64,000 bases of DNA from assembly GCA_963631395.1 (NCBI GenBank), contig CAVGQN010000007.1:165-64164 (forward strand), given 5' to 3'. The DNA is from a bacterium. GTDB lineage: Bacteria; Bacteroidota; Bacteroidia; Bacteroidales; UBA3663. Positions within the stretch are counted from its first letter, which is position 1. Every line of letters starts with the position of its first letter. Made by a program: the position numbers and the translations under genes. Positions 40,443 to 49,551 of the stretch are shown piece by piece. Below the pieces are notes generated by a model. It did no database searches. It was not told the origin of the DNA and saw only the letters and a program-made list of their open reading frames with translations.

Positions 40443-41777
40443 TTATTGGTAGACCTTGCGCTTGTCCACCACGCGGACGGCCTTGCCGTCGCTGACGGGC
40501 AGCGAACCCTTGGGCACCAGTTTGACGATAGGAGTGAGCAGGATTTCGTCCTTGAGCTGACGGGTCACTTCCTTCTTGAGGGCCTGCAGACGCGGATAGT
40601 CGTCGGTGAAGAGTTCCTCCAGTTCGACCTCTACGGTCATATTGTCGTTCTCCTCATCGGTGGTCAAAGTGATGAGATAGTTGGAAGCGAGTTCCTTGAA
40701 ATTCATCAGAATCTTCTCGATCTGAATCGGGAAGATGTTGACGCCTCTCAATACCATCATATCGTCAGAGCGGCCCTTCATACGGTCCAGGCGGACATGG
40801 TTGCGGCCACAAGGGCAAGTCCGGCCCAGCACACGGGTCAAGTCACGCGTACGGTAGCGCAGCAGCGGCATGGCCTCGCGGCAGATGCTGGTCAGCACGA
40901 GTTCGCCGATTTCTCCGTCCGGCACGGGCTCAAGAGTCTCTGGGTTGACGATTTCCACGATGTAGTAATCCTCCCAGAAGTGCATACCGTTCTGCTCCTT
41001 GCACTCGAAGCCGACGCCCGGTCCGCACATCTCCGACATACCGAACGAGTTGTAGGCCTTGACGCCCAGCATCTCCTCGATACGCTTGCGCTGCTCCTCG
41101 CTGTGAGGTTCGGCGCCGATGGCCAAGACCTTCAGTTTCGTATCCCTCCGCGGGTCAACGCCCGTCTCCTGCATGACTTCGTAGAGACGAGTGACGTAGG
41201 AAGGCACAGCGTGCACTGCCGTGGTGCCGAAGTCCTTCATGAACTTGATCTGACGCAGCGAGTTGCCGGCAGCGGCCGGCACCGTCAACATACCCAGACG
41301 CTCTGCTCCGTACTGGAATCCGAGGCCGCCCGTAAACATACCATAGCCCGACGAGTTCTGGAACACGTCGTCCGGTCTAAGTCCGACCATCCACAGGTTA
41401 CGTGCCACCTGATTGGCCCACTCGTCGAGGTCATTCTGGGTGTGGAGTATCACCGTCGGATTGCCGGTCGTACCCGAACTGGAGTGCAGACGGACACAGT
41501 CGCGCAAAGGCACGCAAGCCAAACCGAACGGATAGTTCTCACGCAGGTCCTGCTTGGTCGTGAAGGGGATGCGGCGCACATCCGCTACGCTCTTTATGCT
41601 TTCGGGAGTCACTCCGGCCTCCTCAAGGCGCTTCTTGTAGAAGGGGTTGGCAAGACAGCGTCTTACCGTATCTTGCAGACGTTTCACCTGGAGAGCTTCA
41701 ATCTGCTCTCGGGTCATGGTTTCGTGTTCCTTGTCGAAATATTGGCACGAATCCTCCGGTACTGGGAATTTTGACAT
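40443..41777 (-). CDS. paaK: Phenylacetate--CoA ligase family protein (PaaK paralog 2)
   Basis: Track ORF of 444 aa. SSGTTGNPTV. Paralogous to 38056-39363. Confidence 0.9.
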   Translation of the reverse strand: MSKFPVPEDSCQYFDKEHETMTREQIEALQVKRLQDTVRRCLANPFYKKRLEEAGVTPESIKSVADVRRIPFTTKQDLRENYPFGLACVPLRDCVRLHSSSGTTGNPTVILHTQNDLDEWANQVARNLWMVGLRPDDVFQNSSGYGMFTGGLGFQYGAERLGMLTVPAAAGNSLRQIKFMKDFGTTAVHAVPSYVTRLYEVMQETGVDPRRDTKLKVLAIGAEPHSEEQRKRIEEMLGVKAYNSFGMSEMCGPGVGFECKEQNGMHFWEDYYIVEIVNPETLEPVPDGEIGELVLTSICREAMPLLRYRTRDLTRVLGRTCPCGRNHVRLDRMKGRSDDMMVLRGVNIFPIQIEKILMNFKELASNYLITLTTDEENDNMTVEVELEELFTDDYPRLQALKKEVTRQLKDEILLTPIVKLVPKGSLPVSDGKAVRVVDKRKVYQ

Positions 41778-41828
41778 GGTCGATGGATTTATGTTGGTCG
41801 GGCGACCCGTAGGTCCGTCCCTGATTGG

Positions 41829-42419
41829 TTAGACATTCTCGGTTTCGTTGACGGCGGCGACACCGGCATCGAAAGCCTTCAGATTGGCTTCGACCACAGC
41901 CTCACCCTTACGGGCAAAGACTCGTGCCACTGCAGCACGAAGGTCTTCGGTCGAAAGAATCTCGATATACGGGGCAGCCATACCCAGCAGGACGACATTA
42001 GCCGAACGGGCCGAGCCCATATCCTTGGCTATCTTCTCGATGTTCAGTTTGGCCACCTTAGGCAGTTTGTTCAACTGGGCGTCGATGTCGGCCTCGTCGG
42101 GATAGTTGGGGATATTGACGAAAGGCTGCGTTGAGGTCACCACTGCCGCGCTCTTGGAGAGATAGGGCAGATAGCGGAGCGCCTCCATAGGCTCCATGCT
42201 GATGATGACATCGCATTCCCCTTGGGGTATGAGGTCCGAGTAGATGGTCTCCGTCGAGAGACGCAGGTTGGACTGCACGTCTCCACCACGCTGGCTCATG
42301 CCGTGGACCTCAGCCTGCTTCAGATTCAGACCTGCTGCCGTGGCAGCCTCTCCGATGATGGTGGCAATACTCAGGATGCCCTGGCCACCAACGCCACATA
42401 GAATAATATCTTTTTTCAT
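41829..42419 (-). CDS. iorB: Indolepyruvate:ferredoxin oxidoreductase subunit beta
   Basis: Track ORF of 196 aa. GVGGQGILSIATIIGEAA...HGMSQRGG. Confidence 0.9.
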   Translation of the reverse strand: MKKDIILCGVGGQGILSIATIIGEAATAAGLNLKQAEVHGMSQRGGDVQSNLRLSTETIYSDLIPQGECDVIISMEPMEALRYLPYLSKSAAVVTSTQPFVNIPNYPDEADIDAQLNKLPKVAKLNIEKIAKDMGSARSANVVLLGMAAPYIEILSTEDLRAAVARVFARKGEAVVEANLKAFDAGVAAVNETENV

Positions 42420-42460
42420 ACATTAAAAGCTATAACATTATATATAATAGGCCATACGCA

Positions 42461-44074
42461 TCAAGCCTTCTTGGCTGCGGCAGCCTTCTGACGGGCATGA
42501 CGGGCCAAAGTCTGGATGCACTCTCGGCGCGGTATGATGACCGAAACTCCGTTGTAGTTGATTTCCTCGCGAATGAGCGCCTTGATTTCCTCAATCTTGG
42601 TCGGCTGCGGAACAATCACACGCACATGCTCGGGTTCGACACCGAGTGCCAGGCAGATAGCCTCGTACTTGCTGGTTCCAGCCGAGTCCTGTCCGCCGGT
42701 CATGCCGGTCGTCAGATTGTCAGAGATGACCACCACGATATTGCTCTTGTCGTTGACGGCATCAAGCAGACCCGTCATACCGCTGTGGGTGAATGTCGAG
42801 TCGCCGATGATGGCGAGCGACGGCCAAAGACCTGCATCGGCAGCGCCCTTTGCCATAGTAATCGAAGCGCCCATATCGACGGTCGAGTCCATAGCCTTGA
42901 ACGGAGGCAGAGCACCCAGCGTATAGCAACCGATATCGCCGAACACGCGAGCCTTGTCGCCGAACTCGGCAACGACCTCGCGGATAGCGCCGTACACATC
43001 ACGGTGTCCGCAACCCTGGCAGAACTGCGGAGGACGGCCGGCCATCACTGGCGACGGGTCGAAAGCCACGTGGTTCTCAACACCCAGAGCCTTGGCGACA
43101 TTGTCGGGATTGAGTTCTCCGGTGCGGGGCAGGTTGCCGGTCAGACGGCCCAGAATCTTGTATCCGACACCCAGCAGACCCTTGATTTCCTGCTCGACGA
43201 CGGGCTGGCCGTCCTCCACTACGAGCAGGCTGTCAGACACGGCGGCCAGCTGCTGTATCTCCTTGGCAGGCAGCGGATACTGCGATATCTTGAGCACGTT
43301 CATCGTGTTGCCTACCGACTCCTTGACGTAGTTGTAACCGATGCCCATGCATACGACACCCATCCGGCTGGCAGGAGCTTCGGTCATCTCGAGGCGGTTG
43401 TACGGGCTCTGCTCGGCAGCCTCGGCCATGCGCGACTGCTTCTCGATGAGCGAGGCATACTGACGCTTGGCATTGCCCGGCAGGAGCACCCAATGTGTGC
43501 GGTCCGTCTCTGGATGCAGCGCATTCATCTCCGTAGCTTCAGACTTCACCTCGACGGCTGCACGGCTGTGGGCCAGACGTGTCACGACACGCATCAGGAC
43601 CGGTTCCTTGAGGTCCTCAGAGAGTTTGAACGCCTCCTCGACCATATCGTATGCCTCCTGCTGGTTAGAAGGCTCGAAGACAGGCACCATAGCGAACTTG
43701 CCGTAGAAGCGCGAGTCCTGCTCATTCTGGCTCGAGTGCATCGACGGGTCGTCGGCCACGAGCACTATCAGGCCGCCGTTGCATCCGGTGATGGCACTAT
43801 TGACAAAACAGTCTGCACAGACGTTCATACCCACATGCTTCATGCAGACCAAAGCACGCTTGCCGGCATACGACATACCCAAAGCAGCCTCCATGGCCGT
43901 CTTCTCGTTGGTACACCAGCGGCTGTGGATACCGCGTTCCTGGGTCAAAGGATGGGACTGGATAAATTCCGTGATTTCCGTCGACGGTGTGCCTGGATAA
44001 GCATACACACCGCTCAGACCTGCATGCAAAGCGCCGAGCGCAATGGCTTCGTCACCTAATAGGAGTTTCTTCAT
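42461..44074 (-). CDS. iorA: Indolepyruvate:ferredoxin oxidoreductase subunit alpha (TPP-binding)
   Basis: The track ORF is over-extended to 44245. The ATG at 44074 gives MKKLLLGDEAIALGALHAGLSGVYAYPGTPSTEI. It also has the CQGCGHRD Fe-S motif and the GDSTFTHSG TPP motif. Confidence 0.92.
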   Translation of the reverse strand: MKKLLLGDEAIALGALHAGLSGVYAYPGTPSTEITEFIQSHPLTQERGIHSRWCTNEKTAMEAALGMSYAGKRALVCMKHVGMNVCADCFVNSAITGCNGGLIVLVADDPSMHSSQNEQDSRFYGKFAMVPVFEPSNQQEAYDMVEEAFKLSEDLKEPVLMRVVTRLAHSRAAVEVKSEATEMNALHPETDRTHWVLLPGNAKRQYASLIEKQSRMAEAAEQSPYNRLEMTEAPASRMGVVCMGIGYNYVKESVGNTMNVLKISQYPLPAKEIQQLAAVSDSLLVVEDGQPVVEQEIKGLLGVGYKILGRLTGNLPRTGELNPDNVAKALGVENHVAFDPSPVMAGRPPQFCQGCGHRDVYGAIREVVAEFGDKARVFGDIGCYTLGALPPFKAMDSTVDMGASITMAKGAADAGLWPSLAIIGDSTFTHSGMTGLLDAVNDKSNIVVVISDNLTTGMTGGQDSAGTSKYEAICLALGVEPEHVRVIVPQPTKIEEIKALIREEINYNGVSVIIPRRECIQTLARHARQKAAAAKKA

Positions 44075-44154
44075 CGTTGATATTTTCTTTTTATTGTGTA
44101 CTATTATATATATTGTTTCGTCTTTTGTCCGCATCGGCCTCTCACGGCCGAGGG

Positions 44155-45285
44155 TCAAAAAGCAATCTGTGTCTGAATCTGGATGCGGCTGTAGGTGCCG
44201 TGGTCCCACGAGTTGCTCCACGTATACTGCGCCTGGACGCGGCACTTGCGGAAGAACCAGTACTGTAGTCCGACAACCAAGTTGGTCTGGTCCTTCTCGT
44301 AGTCCTCATAGAGCGTCCCCCCTCCGGCCGGAGTCCAGTACTCGACGTCTTTGGCTCCGCAGAAGTAGTCGACCGAAGCGATGGCATCGAGTTGGCCGAC
44401 GATGGGCACCGACGTGACGGCATAGGCACCCCACGAGTGAATGTCGCCGTCCCTGCCGCCCAGCACCTCGCCCCGCACGGACAGGCAACGGTTCTTCCAG
44501 TAGTCGGTCTGTCCGCCCTTGGTCTTGTACTCCGCGCCGACCGTCCAACGGTCCCGTCGATAGCAGTCACCGACTTCGATACGCGGACACAAGGTGCTCG
44601 TTCCGACAGCCGTGGCGTAGCCCTTCTGTGCCGAGGCGACCAGCTTCAATCCCTTCAGCGGGCGGTAGTCGAGTTTGACAATGATGTCTTTCTTGTTATC
44701 CTCGTCCTTGCGGTTGATGCCGCTGCCGTTGAGAAGCTGAACATTGTAGTACAGGCGGTCGTCAAAGAGCTGGCCGTAGAGTTCGATGCCGAGGTCTCGG
44801 CCATACTGCACCCCGTAGAGGGGGTCAGAGCCGCAGCCGGTCAGATAGGTGACGGCTTGACTATAGACGTCAACCAGTTCGCAGACCGTCGGCGAGTAGG
44901 GATTCTCCATAGACAGCTGGTTCTTGAACTGTCCGAAGCGAACGGTCAGCGACTTGTCCGGTGTAATCCGGTAGTCCGTATAGAACTCCTGCACCACACT
45001 GCTGAAGTCGTGCATGAAGAGGAACGACCAGCGGTCCGTCACTTGTGCCTTGACCCAAAGCAAGGTGCGCTTGATGTCGAGCGTATTGCTGTTCTTCCCG
45101 TCCTGGCGAGTGTAGGTGTAACCGGCCTGTGCGTAGCCATTGAACTTGAACCTGCTGATCAGGTCCTTGGCCCAATAGCCCTCATCCTGACCCGACTGGG
45201 CGGATTGGCCTGATTGCGCCGTCAATGGGACGGCTGACATCCAGACGGCCATGGCCAAAAGCACATTCCTCGCCTTGCGGTTCAT
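44155..45285 (-). CDS. Outer-membrane porin, phosphate-selective porin O/P-like family
   Basis: The track ORF is over-extended. The ATG at 45285 gives a signal peptide (MNRKARNVLLAMAVWMSAVPLTAQS). The body is rich in beta strands and the C-terminus ends ...QTQIAF. Confidence 0.75.
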   Translation of the reverse strand: MNRKARNVLLAMAVWMSAVPLTAQSGQSAQSGQDEGYWAKDLISRFKFNGYAQAGYTYTRQDGKNSNTLDIKRTLLWVKAQVTDRWSFLFMHDFSSVVQEFYTDYRITPDKSLTVRFGQFKNQLSMENPYSPTVCELVDVYSQAVTYLTGCGSDPLYGVQYGRDLGIELYGQLFDDRLYYNVQLLNGSGINRKDEDNKKDIIVKLDYRPLKGLKLVASAQKGYATAVGTSTLCPRIEVGDCYRRDRWTVGAEYKTKGGQTDYWKNRCLSVRGEVLGGRDGDIHSWGAYAVTSVPIVGQLDAIASVDYFCGAKDVEYWTPAGGGTLYEDYEKDQTNLVVGLQYWFFRKCRVQAQYTWSNSWDHGTYSRIQIQTQIAF

Positions 45286-45287
45286 CC

Positions 45288-46859
45288 TCACTTCGAATAG
45301 CATTTGAATATACGCTCCACCTTGGCGCTGTTCATCTTCGGCGTGACGAGCGACACTATCCACACCACGACAAATCCGCCCAGCATGGCCACGGCACCGC
45401 AGTCGATGGGGTTCATCAGGGCATTGCCGCTCATCATGTTCACCAGCGTAAGCCCCACGCCCCATACGAAGCAGGCCCATACCGATGCCTTGGTCACGCC
45501 CTTCCAGTAGAGACCCAGCAGGAACGGTGCCAGGAAGGCTCCGGCCAAAGCGCCCCACGAGATGCCCATCAGCTGGGCAATGAACTGCGGCGGATTGAGC
45601 GCTATCATCAGGCTTATCACGACGAAGAAGACAATCAGCACACGCATGATGACGACCTTGCGGCGCTCTATCTTCTCGGCCACCGTATCGTCTATCTCGC
45701 CTTCAGGAGCCTCGTCGGGAAGTGTCTTCTTGTCGCGGTAAATCAGGTCGAGCGTCATGGTCGAAGCGGAAGTCAAGACCAGTGAGGCCAGCGTCGACAT
45801 AGAGGCCGAAAGCACCAGCAGCACGACGAGCGCAATCAGAATGTCAGGCAACGTCTCGAGCATAGAGGGGACGATAGAGTCGTAGGCATAACTGCCGCTA
45901 GCCGTCACTGCAGGCTCGGGATACAAGCGTCCGAAACCGCCCAGGAAGTAGCAGCCGCCCGAAACGACCACTGCAAACAGCGTCGAGATGACCGTACCCC
46001 GACGGATGGCGCTGTCGTCGGAGATGGAGTAGAACTTGCCCACCATCTGCGGCAGACCCCATGTGCCCAGCGAGGTCAGGATGACCACACCGAGCAGGCT
46101 CATGGCATTCGGTCCGAACCACGAGGCGAAGTCGCCGGGCTGGAAGCCGGCAAACAGTCCTGCGCGGTCGGTCTCCAGATCATGGGCCGTCGGCACGCAC
46201 TCGGCCATCTGCTGCACCGCCGACGTCAGGCCGCCTTGGTTGCCCACCACCACGAAGATCAGTATCACGATGCCGAAGAGCATGATGATGCCCTGTATGA
46301 AATCGTTGATGGCCGTGGCCTTGTAGCCGCCCAGTATGACGTAGATGGCTGTAAAGACGGCCATCAGCATGGCACAATACTCGTACGGGATGCCGAATCC
46401 CATCTCAAAGAGCTTGGAGATACCCATATACACGCCTGCCGTGTAGGGGATAAGGAAGACAAAGGCGATGATGGAAGCCGCCACACGCAGGCCCATGCTT
46501 CCGTATCGGATGCCGAAGAAGTCAGGCATCGTGCGGCTCTGTATGTGCCGTGTCATCAGGCGCGTCCGGCGAGCCAGCACCAGCCAGGCGAGCAGCGAAC
46601 CGACAAGGGCGTTGCCCACACCTATCCATGTCGATGCCAAACCGTATTTCCAACCGAACTGTCCAGCATAACCCACGAAGACCACAGCCGAAAAGTAGGA
46701 AGTGCCATAGGCAAAGGCTGTCAACCAGCCACCCACGGAACGTCCGCCGAGTATGAATCCGTCGACTGAGGCAGCCTGCTTGCGGGAATAGATTCCGATG
46801 GCTATCAGGACGGCGAAAAACAGAACGGTCAAAAAAAACTTAACAAACACGGTAAGCAA
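45288..46859 (-). CDS. Sodium:solute symporter (SSS) family transporter
   Basis: Track ORF of 523 aa with about 13 TM helices and an SSS N-terminal pattern (GFILGGRSVGGWLTAFAYGTSYFSA). Its stop lies 2 nt before the porin ATG. Confidence 0.85.
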   Translation of the reverse strand: MLTVFVKFFLTVLFFAVLIAIGIYSRKQAASVDGFILGGRSVGGWLTAFAYGTSYFSAVVFVGYAGQFGWKYGLASTWIGVGNALVGSLLAWLVLARRTRLMTRHIQSRTMPDFFGIRYGSMGLRVAASIIAFVFLIPYTAGVYMGISKLFEMGFGIPYEYCAMLMAVFTAIYVILGGYKATAINDFIQGIIMLFGIVILIFVVVGNQGGLTSAVQQMAECVPTAHDLETDRAGLFAGFQPGDFASWFGPNAMSLLGVVILTSLGTWGLPQMVGKFYSISDDSAIRRGTVISTLFAVVVSGGCYFLGGFGRLYPEPAVTASGSYAYDSIVPSMLETLPDILIALVVLLVLSASMSTLASLVLTSASTMTLDLIYRDKKTLPDEAPEGEIDDTVAEKIERRKVVIMRVLIVFFVVISLMIALNPPQFIAQLMGISWGALAGAFLAPFLLGLYWKGVTKASVWACFVWGVGLTLVNMMSGNALMNPIDCGAVAMLGGFVVVWIVSLVTPKMNSAKVERIFKCYSK

Positions 46860-46887
46860 GTTTTGTATAGTGGTACAATATTATAAG

Positions 46888-47886
46888 TCAGAAGCGGTGG
46901 AAGCCCATAATCTGGCGCATCTCTTCCACACTTTGGCTGACGATGGCCCGGGCCTTCTCTGCGCCCTGGTCGCGGACTTTGTTCAGATAGTCGGCGTCGG
47001 CATAGATTTCCTTGTAGCGCTCGCGTATGGGCCGTGTCACTTTGAGCACATCCTCGGCAATCTGCATCTTCAGGTCGCCGTAGCGGATGGAGCAGTCGTT
47101 CCAGGCTGCGAGGAACTGGTCATAAGTTTCCTGCGTGCTGACGAGCTTGAGGAAGAAGAACAGATTCTTGATGGGCTCGGTCATCTCGCTGTTTGGCTCA
47201 GCCGGAGTCATGTCCGTCACGGCCTTCTTGAACTTCTTGATGACCACATCGTCCTCGTCGTTGATGTAGATGCAGTTTCCTTCGCTCTTGCCCATCTTGC
47301 CACTGCCGTCCAGGCCGGGCACCTTGACTGGCTCGCCCTTTGCCTCATAGGGCTTCGGCTCGACCATAAAGTCCGTCTTGTAGAAGTGGTTGAAGCGGAC
47401 GGCGAAGTTGCGCGCCATCTCGAGGTGCTGCAGCTGGTCCTTGCCGACGGGCACGAAGTTGGCCTTGTGCTGCAGGATATCGGCAGCCATCAGAACCGGA
47501 TAGGTCAGCAGTCCGGCGTTGACGTTGTTGGGCTGCTTGCGGGCCTTGTCCTTGAAGCTCACCGTCTTCTCGAGTTCGCCGAGATAGGCATGCATGTTGA
47601 GCAGCGTGTAGAACTCGCACGTCTGCGGCACGTCGCTCTGTATGTAGATGACGCACTTGTCCGGGTCCATGCCGGCGGCGAGGTATTCTGACAGGATGCT
47701 GCGCACGTTGGGGTTGAGCACCTGGGGGTCAGGCTGTGTGGTCAGCGAGTGGTAGTCGGCGATGAAATACCGGCAGTCATAGTCACTTTGCATCTCGACA
47801 AAGTTGCGCAAGGCACCGTAGTAGTTTCCCAAATGCAGATGTCCGGTAGAGCGGATGCCGCTCAGCACGACAGGTTTCTTTTCCAT
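46888..47886 (-). CDS. trpS: Tryptophan--tRNA ligase
   Basis: Track ORF of 332 aa with HIGH-type (TGHLHLGN) and KMSKS-type (KMGKS) motifs. Confidence 0.95.
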   Translation of the reverse strand: MEKKPVVLSGIRSTGHLHLGNYYGALRNFVEMQSDYDCRYFIADYHSLTTQPDPQVLNPNVRSILSEYLAAGMDPDKCVIYIQSDVPQTCEFYTLLNMHAYLGELEKTVSFKDKARKQPNNVNAGLLTYPVLMAADILQHKANFVPVGKDQLQHLEMARNFAVRFNHFYKTDFMVEPKPYEAKGEPVKVPGLDGSGKMGKSEGNCIYINDEDDVVIKKFKKAVTDMTPAEPNSEMTEPIKNLFFFLKLVSTQETYDQFLAAWNDCSIRYGDLKMQIAEDVLKVTRPIRERYKEIYADADYLNKVRDQGAEKARAIVSQSVEEMRQIMGFHRF

Positions 47887-48202
47887 ATTGAGTTCGTTTT
47901 TTTGCTTTTTTCGTTGTACAAAGCCCGTATTAGGCCAAAATCAGGTGCAAAGATACAAAACATTTTCCTAACGCGCAAGAAACGGACAAGAATATCGACA
48001 AATATTTGGCAAAAACTCTTTTTTTGCCGCATTTTGACATAAAACGACGCCGGGCGATTCTATTTTTCCATCGAAAAGGCGCATTTTTGCCCCATTTTCG
48101 GCACATTTTGGAGTAAGGCAGGTTGTCTTTTGACGAAAATATGTATATTTGCCCTCACAAAACAACATTGATTTGCCGTTCAGGCACCATTTGAGCTACG
48201 TG

Positions 48203-48721
48203 ATGAAAAGGATTGGACTGTTGAGCGACACCCACGCCTGGTGGGACGACCGCTACCTGAAGTACTTCGCTCCATGCGACGAAATCTGGTTGGCCGGCGA
48301 TGTGGTGGACGAGACAATCTGCGACCGGCTGGAAGCGACGGGCAAGGTGTGCCGCATCGTATGGGGCAACGCCGACCCGCACTCCATGCGCCTCCGCTAC
48401 CCCAAGGACCAGAAGTTTACGCTCGAGGGCGTCTCGGTGTGGATGACGCACATCGGCGGCTATCCCGGCCGTTGGCCCAGAGACCTGTACCAGGCCCTGC
48501 GGCAGAACCCGCCGATGCTCTTCGTGTGCGGGCACTCACACATCTGCAAGGCCGTCTACGACCACAACCTGCACACACTCGTGCTCAATCCGGGAGCAGC
48601 AGGCACACAGGGAATACAGGTCCAGCGCACGCTGATGCGTTTCACCCTCGACCAGGGGCAAATCAAAGACCTGGAAGTGATAGAATTGAGCAACGGATCG
48701 GCCCAGTCGGCCGCCCAATGA
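48203..48721 (+). CDS. Metallophosphoesterase family protein (YfcE/MJ0936-like)
   Basis: The ATG at 48203 inside the track ORF gives MKRIGLLSDTHAWWD. GDVVD and GHSH metal motifs follow. Confidence 0.8.
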   Translation: MKRIGLLSDTHAWWDDRYLKYFAPCDEIWLAGDVVDETICDRLEATGKVCRIVWGNADPHSMRLRYPKDQKFTLEGVSVWMTHIGGYPGRWPRDLYQALRQNPPMLFVCGHSHICKAVYDHNLHTLVLNPGAAGTQGIQVQRTLMRFTLDQGQIKDLEVIELSNGSAQSAAQ

Positions 48722-48909
48722 CCACTTCGAGTTGACAAAGCGCGGCCTTTTGGCGTGCAATCCCGACAAAATGCCGGCCCGCCGGGTCAATGTGGTGGAT
48801 TTTTCCATACCTTTGCCGGCCCAGCGCATACAGTTTGCGCTCGAGTCAGCCGACACGACAAGACTCATAGGCACAACAAGTAAGATAAGATTCAGACAAA
48901 CTGAAGACT

Positions 48910-49491
48910 ATGTACAAAAACAACGAAGATTTCAACCGGGCCATCGCCGAGGCCATCGCCGTCCTGGAGAAAGGAGGCGTCATCCTCTACCCCACCGACA
49001 CGGTGTGGGGACTCGGCTGCGATGCCACCAATAGCGAGGCCGTACGCCGCATCTACCAGATCAAGAGGCGCGAGGACTGCAAGTCCATGCTTTGTCTGTG
49101 CGACGCCATCGGACGCGTGGACTATTACTTCAAGGACGTTCCCGACACGGCCTGGGACCTTTGGGACGTGGCCGACAAGCCGCTCACCCTCATCCTGCCG
49201 CGAGCCCGCAATGTCGCTCCCGAACTCATCGCCGCCGACGGCACGATGGGCATGCGCATCACGTCCGAGCAGGTCAGCCACGCACTCTGCGCCCGCCTAA
49301 AGAAACCGCTGGTCAGCACTTCGGCCAACATCAGCGGACAGCCCACGGCACGCTGCTACGCCGACATCTCGGACGAAATCAAGCAGGCCGTCGACTACAT
49401 CGTGCCCCTGCGCCAGGACGAACGCGAGAATCCCGCTCCGTCGGGCATCATCAAGGTCGGTGACGGCGGACTCATCAACGTCATCCGATGA
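48910..49491 (+). CDS. tsaC: L-threonylcarbamoyladenylate synthase (YrdC/TsaC type)
   Basis: Track ORF of 193 aa. ILYPTDTVWGLGCDATN ... STSANISGQP. Confidence 0.88.
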   Translation: MYKNNEDFNRAIAEAIAVLEKGGVILYPTDTVWGLGCDATNSEAVRRIYQIKRREDCKSMLCLCDAIGRVDYYFKDVPDTAWDLWDVADKPLTLILPRARNVAPELIAADGTMGMRITSEQVSHALCARLKKPLVSTSANISGQPTARCYADISDEIKQAVDYIVPLRQDERENPAPSGIIKVGDGGLINVIR

Positions 49492-49551
49492 CCGGACAAA
49501 ACATCATCGGCAAACAAACAAAAAGCAAGAGCAACCGACAAAGACGGGGAA

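Noticed and set aside
47887-48202. Search for a Trp-codon leader peptide or T-box upstream of trpS, and track ORF 47968-48168
   Set aside because: No Trp-rich mini-ORF, specifier or antiterminator structure, or terminator hairpin lies upstream of trpS. The 66-aa ORF is antisense to the neighbouring promoter region and is not conserved-looking.
49492-49551. Possible fluoride riboswitch upstream of the ClC gene
   Set aside because: The 60-nt spacer is A-rich and shows no conserved crcB-motif pseudoknot pairing. The ClC protein carries CBS domains, which are typical of the chloride type rather than the fluoride-specific type.
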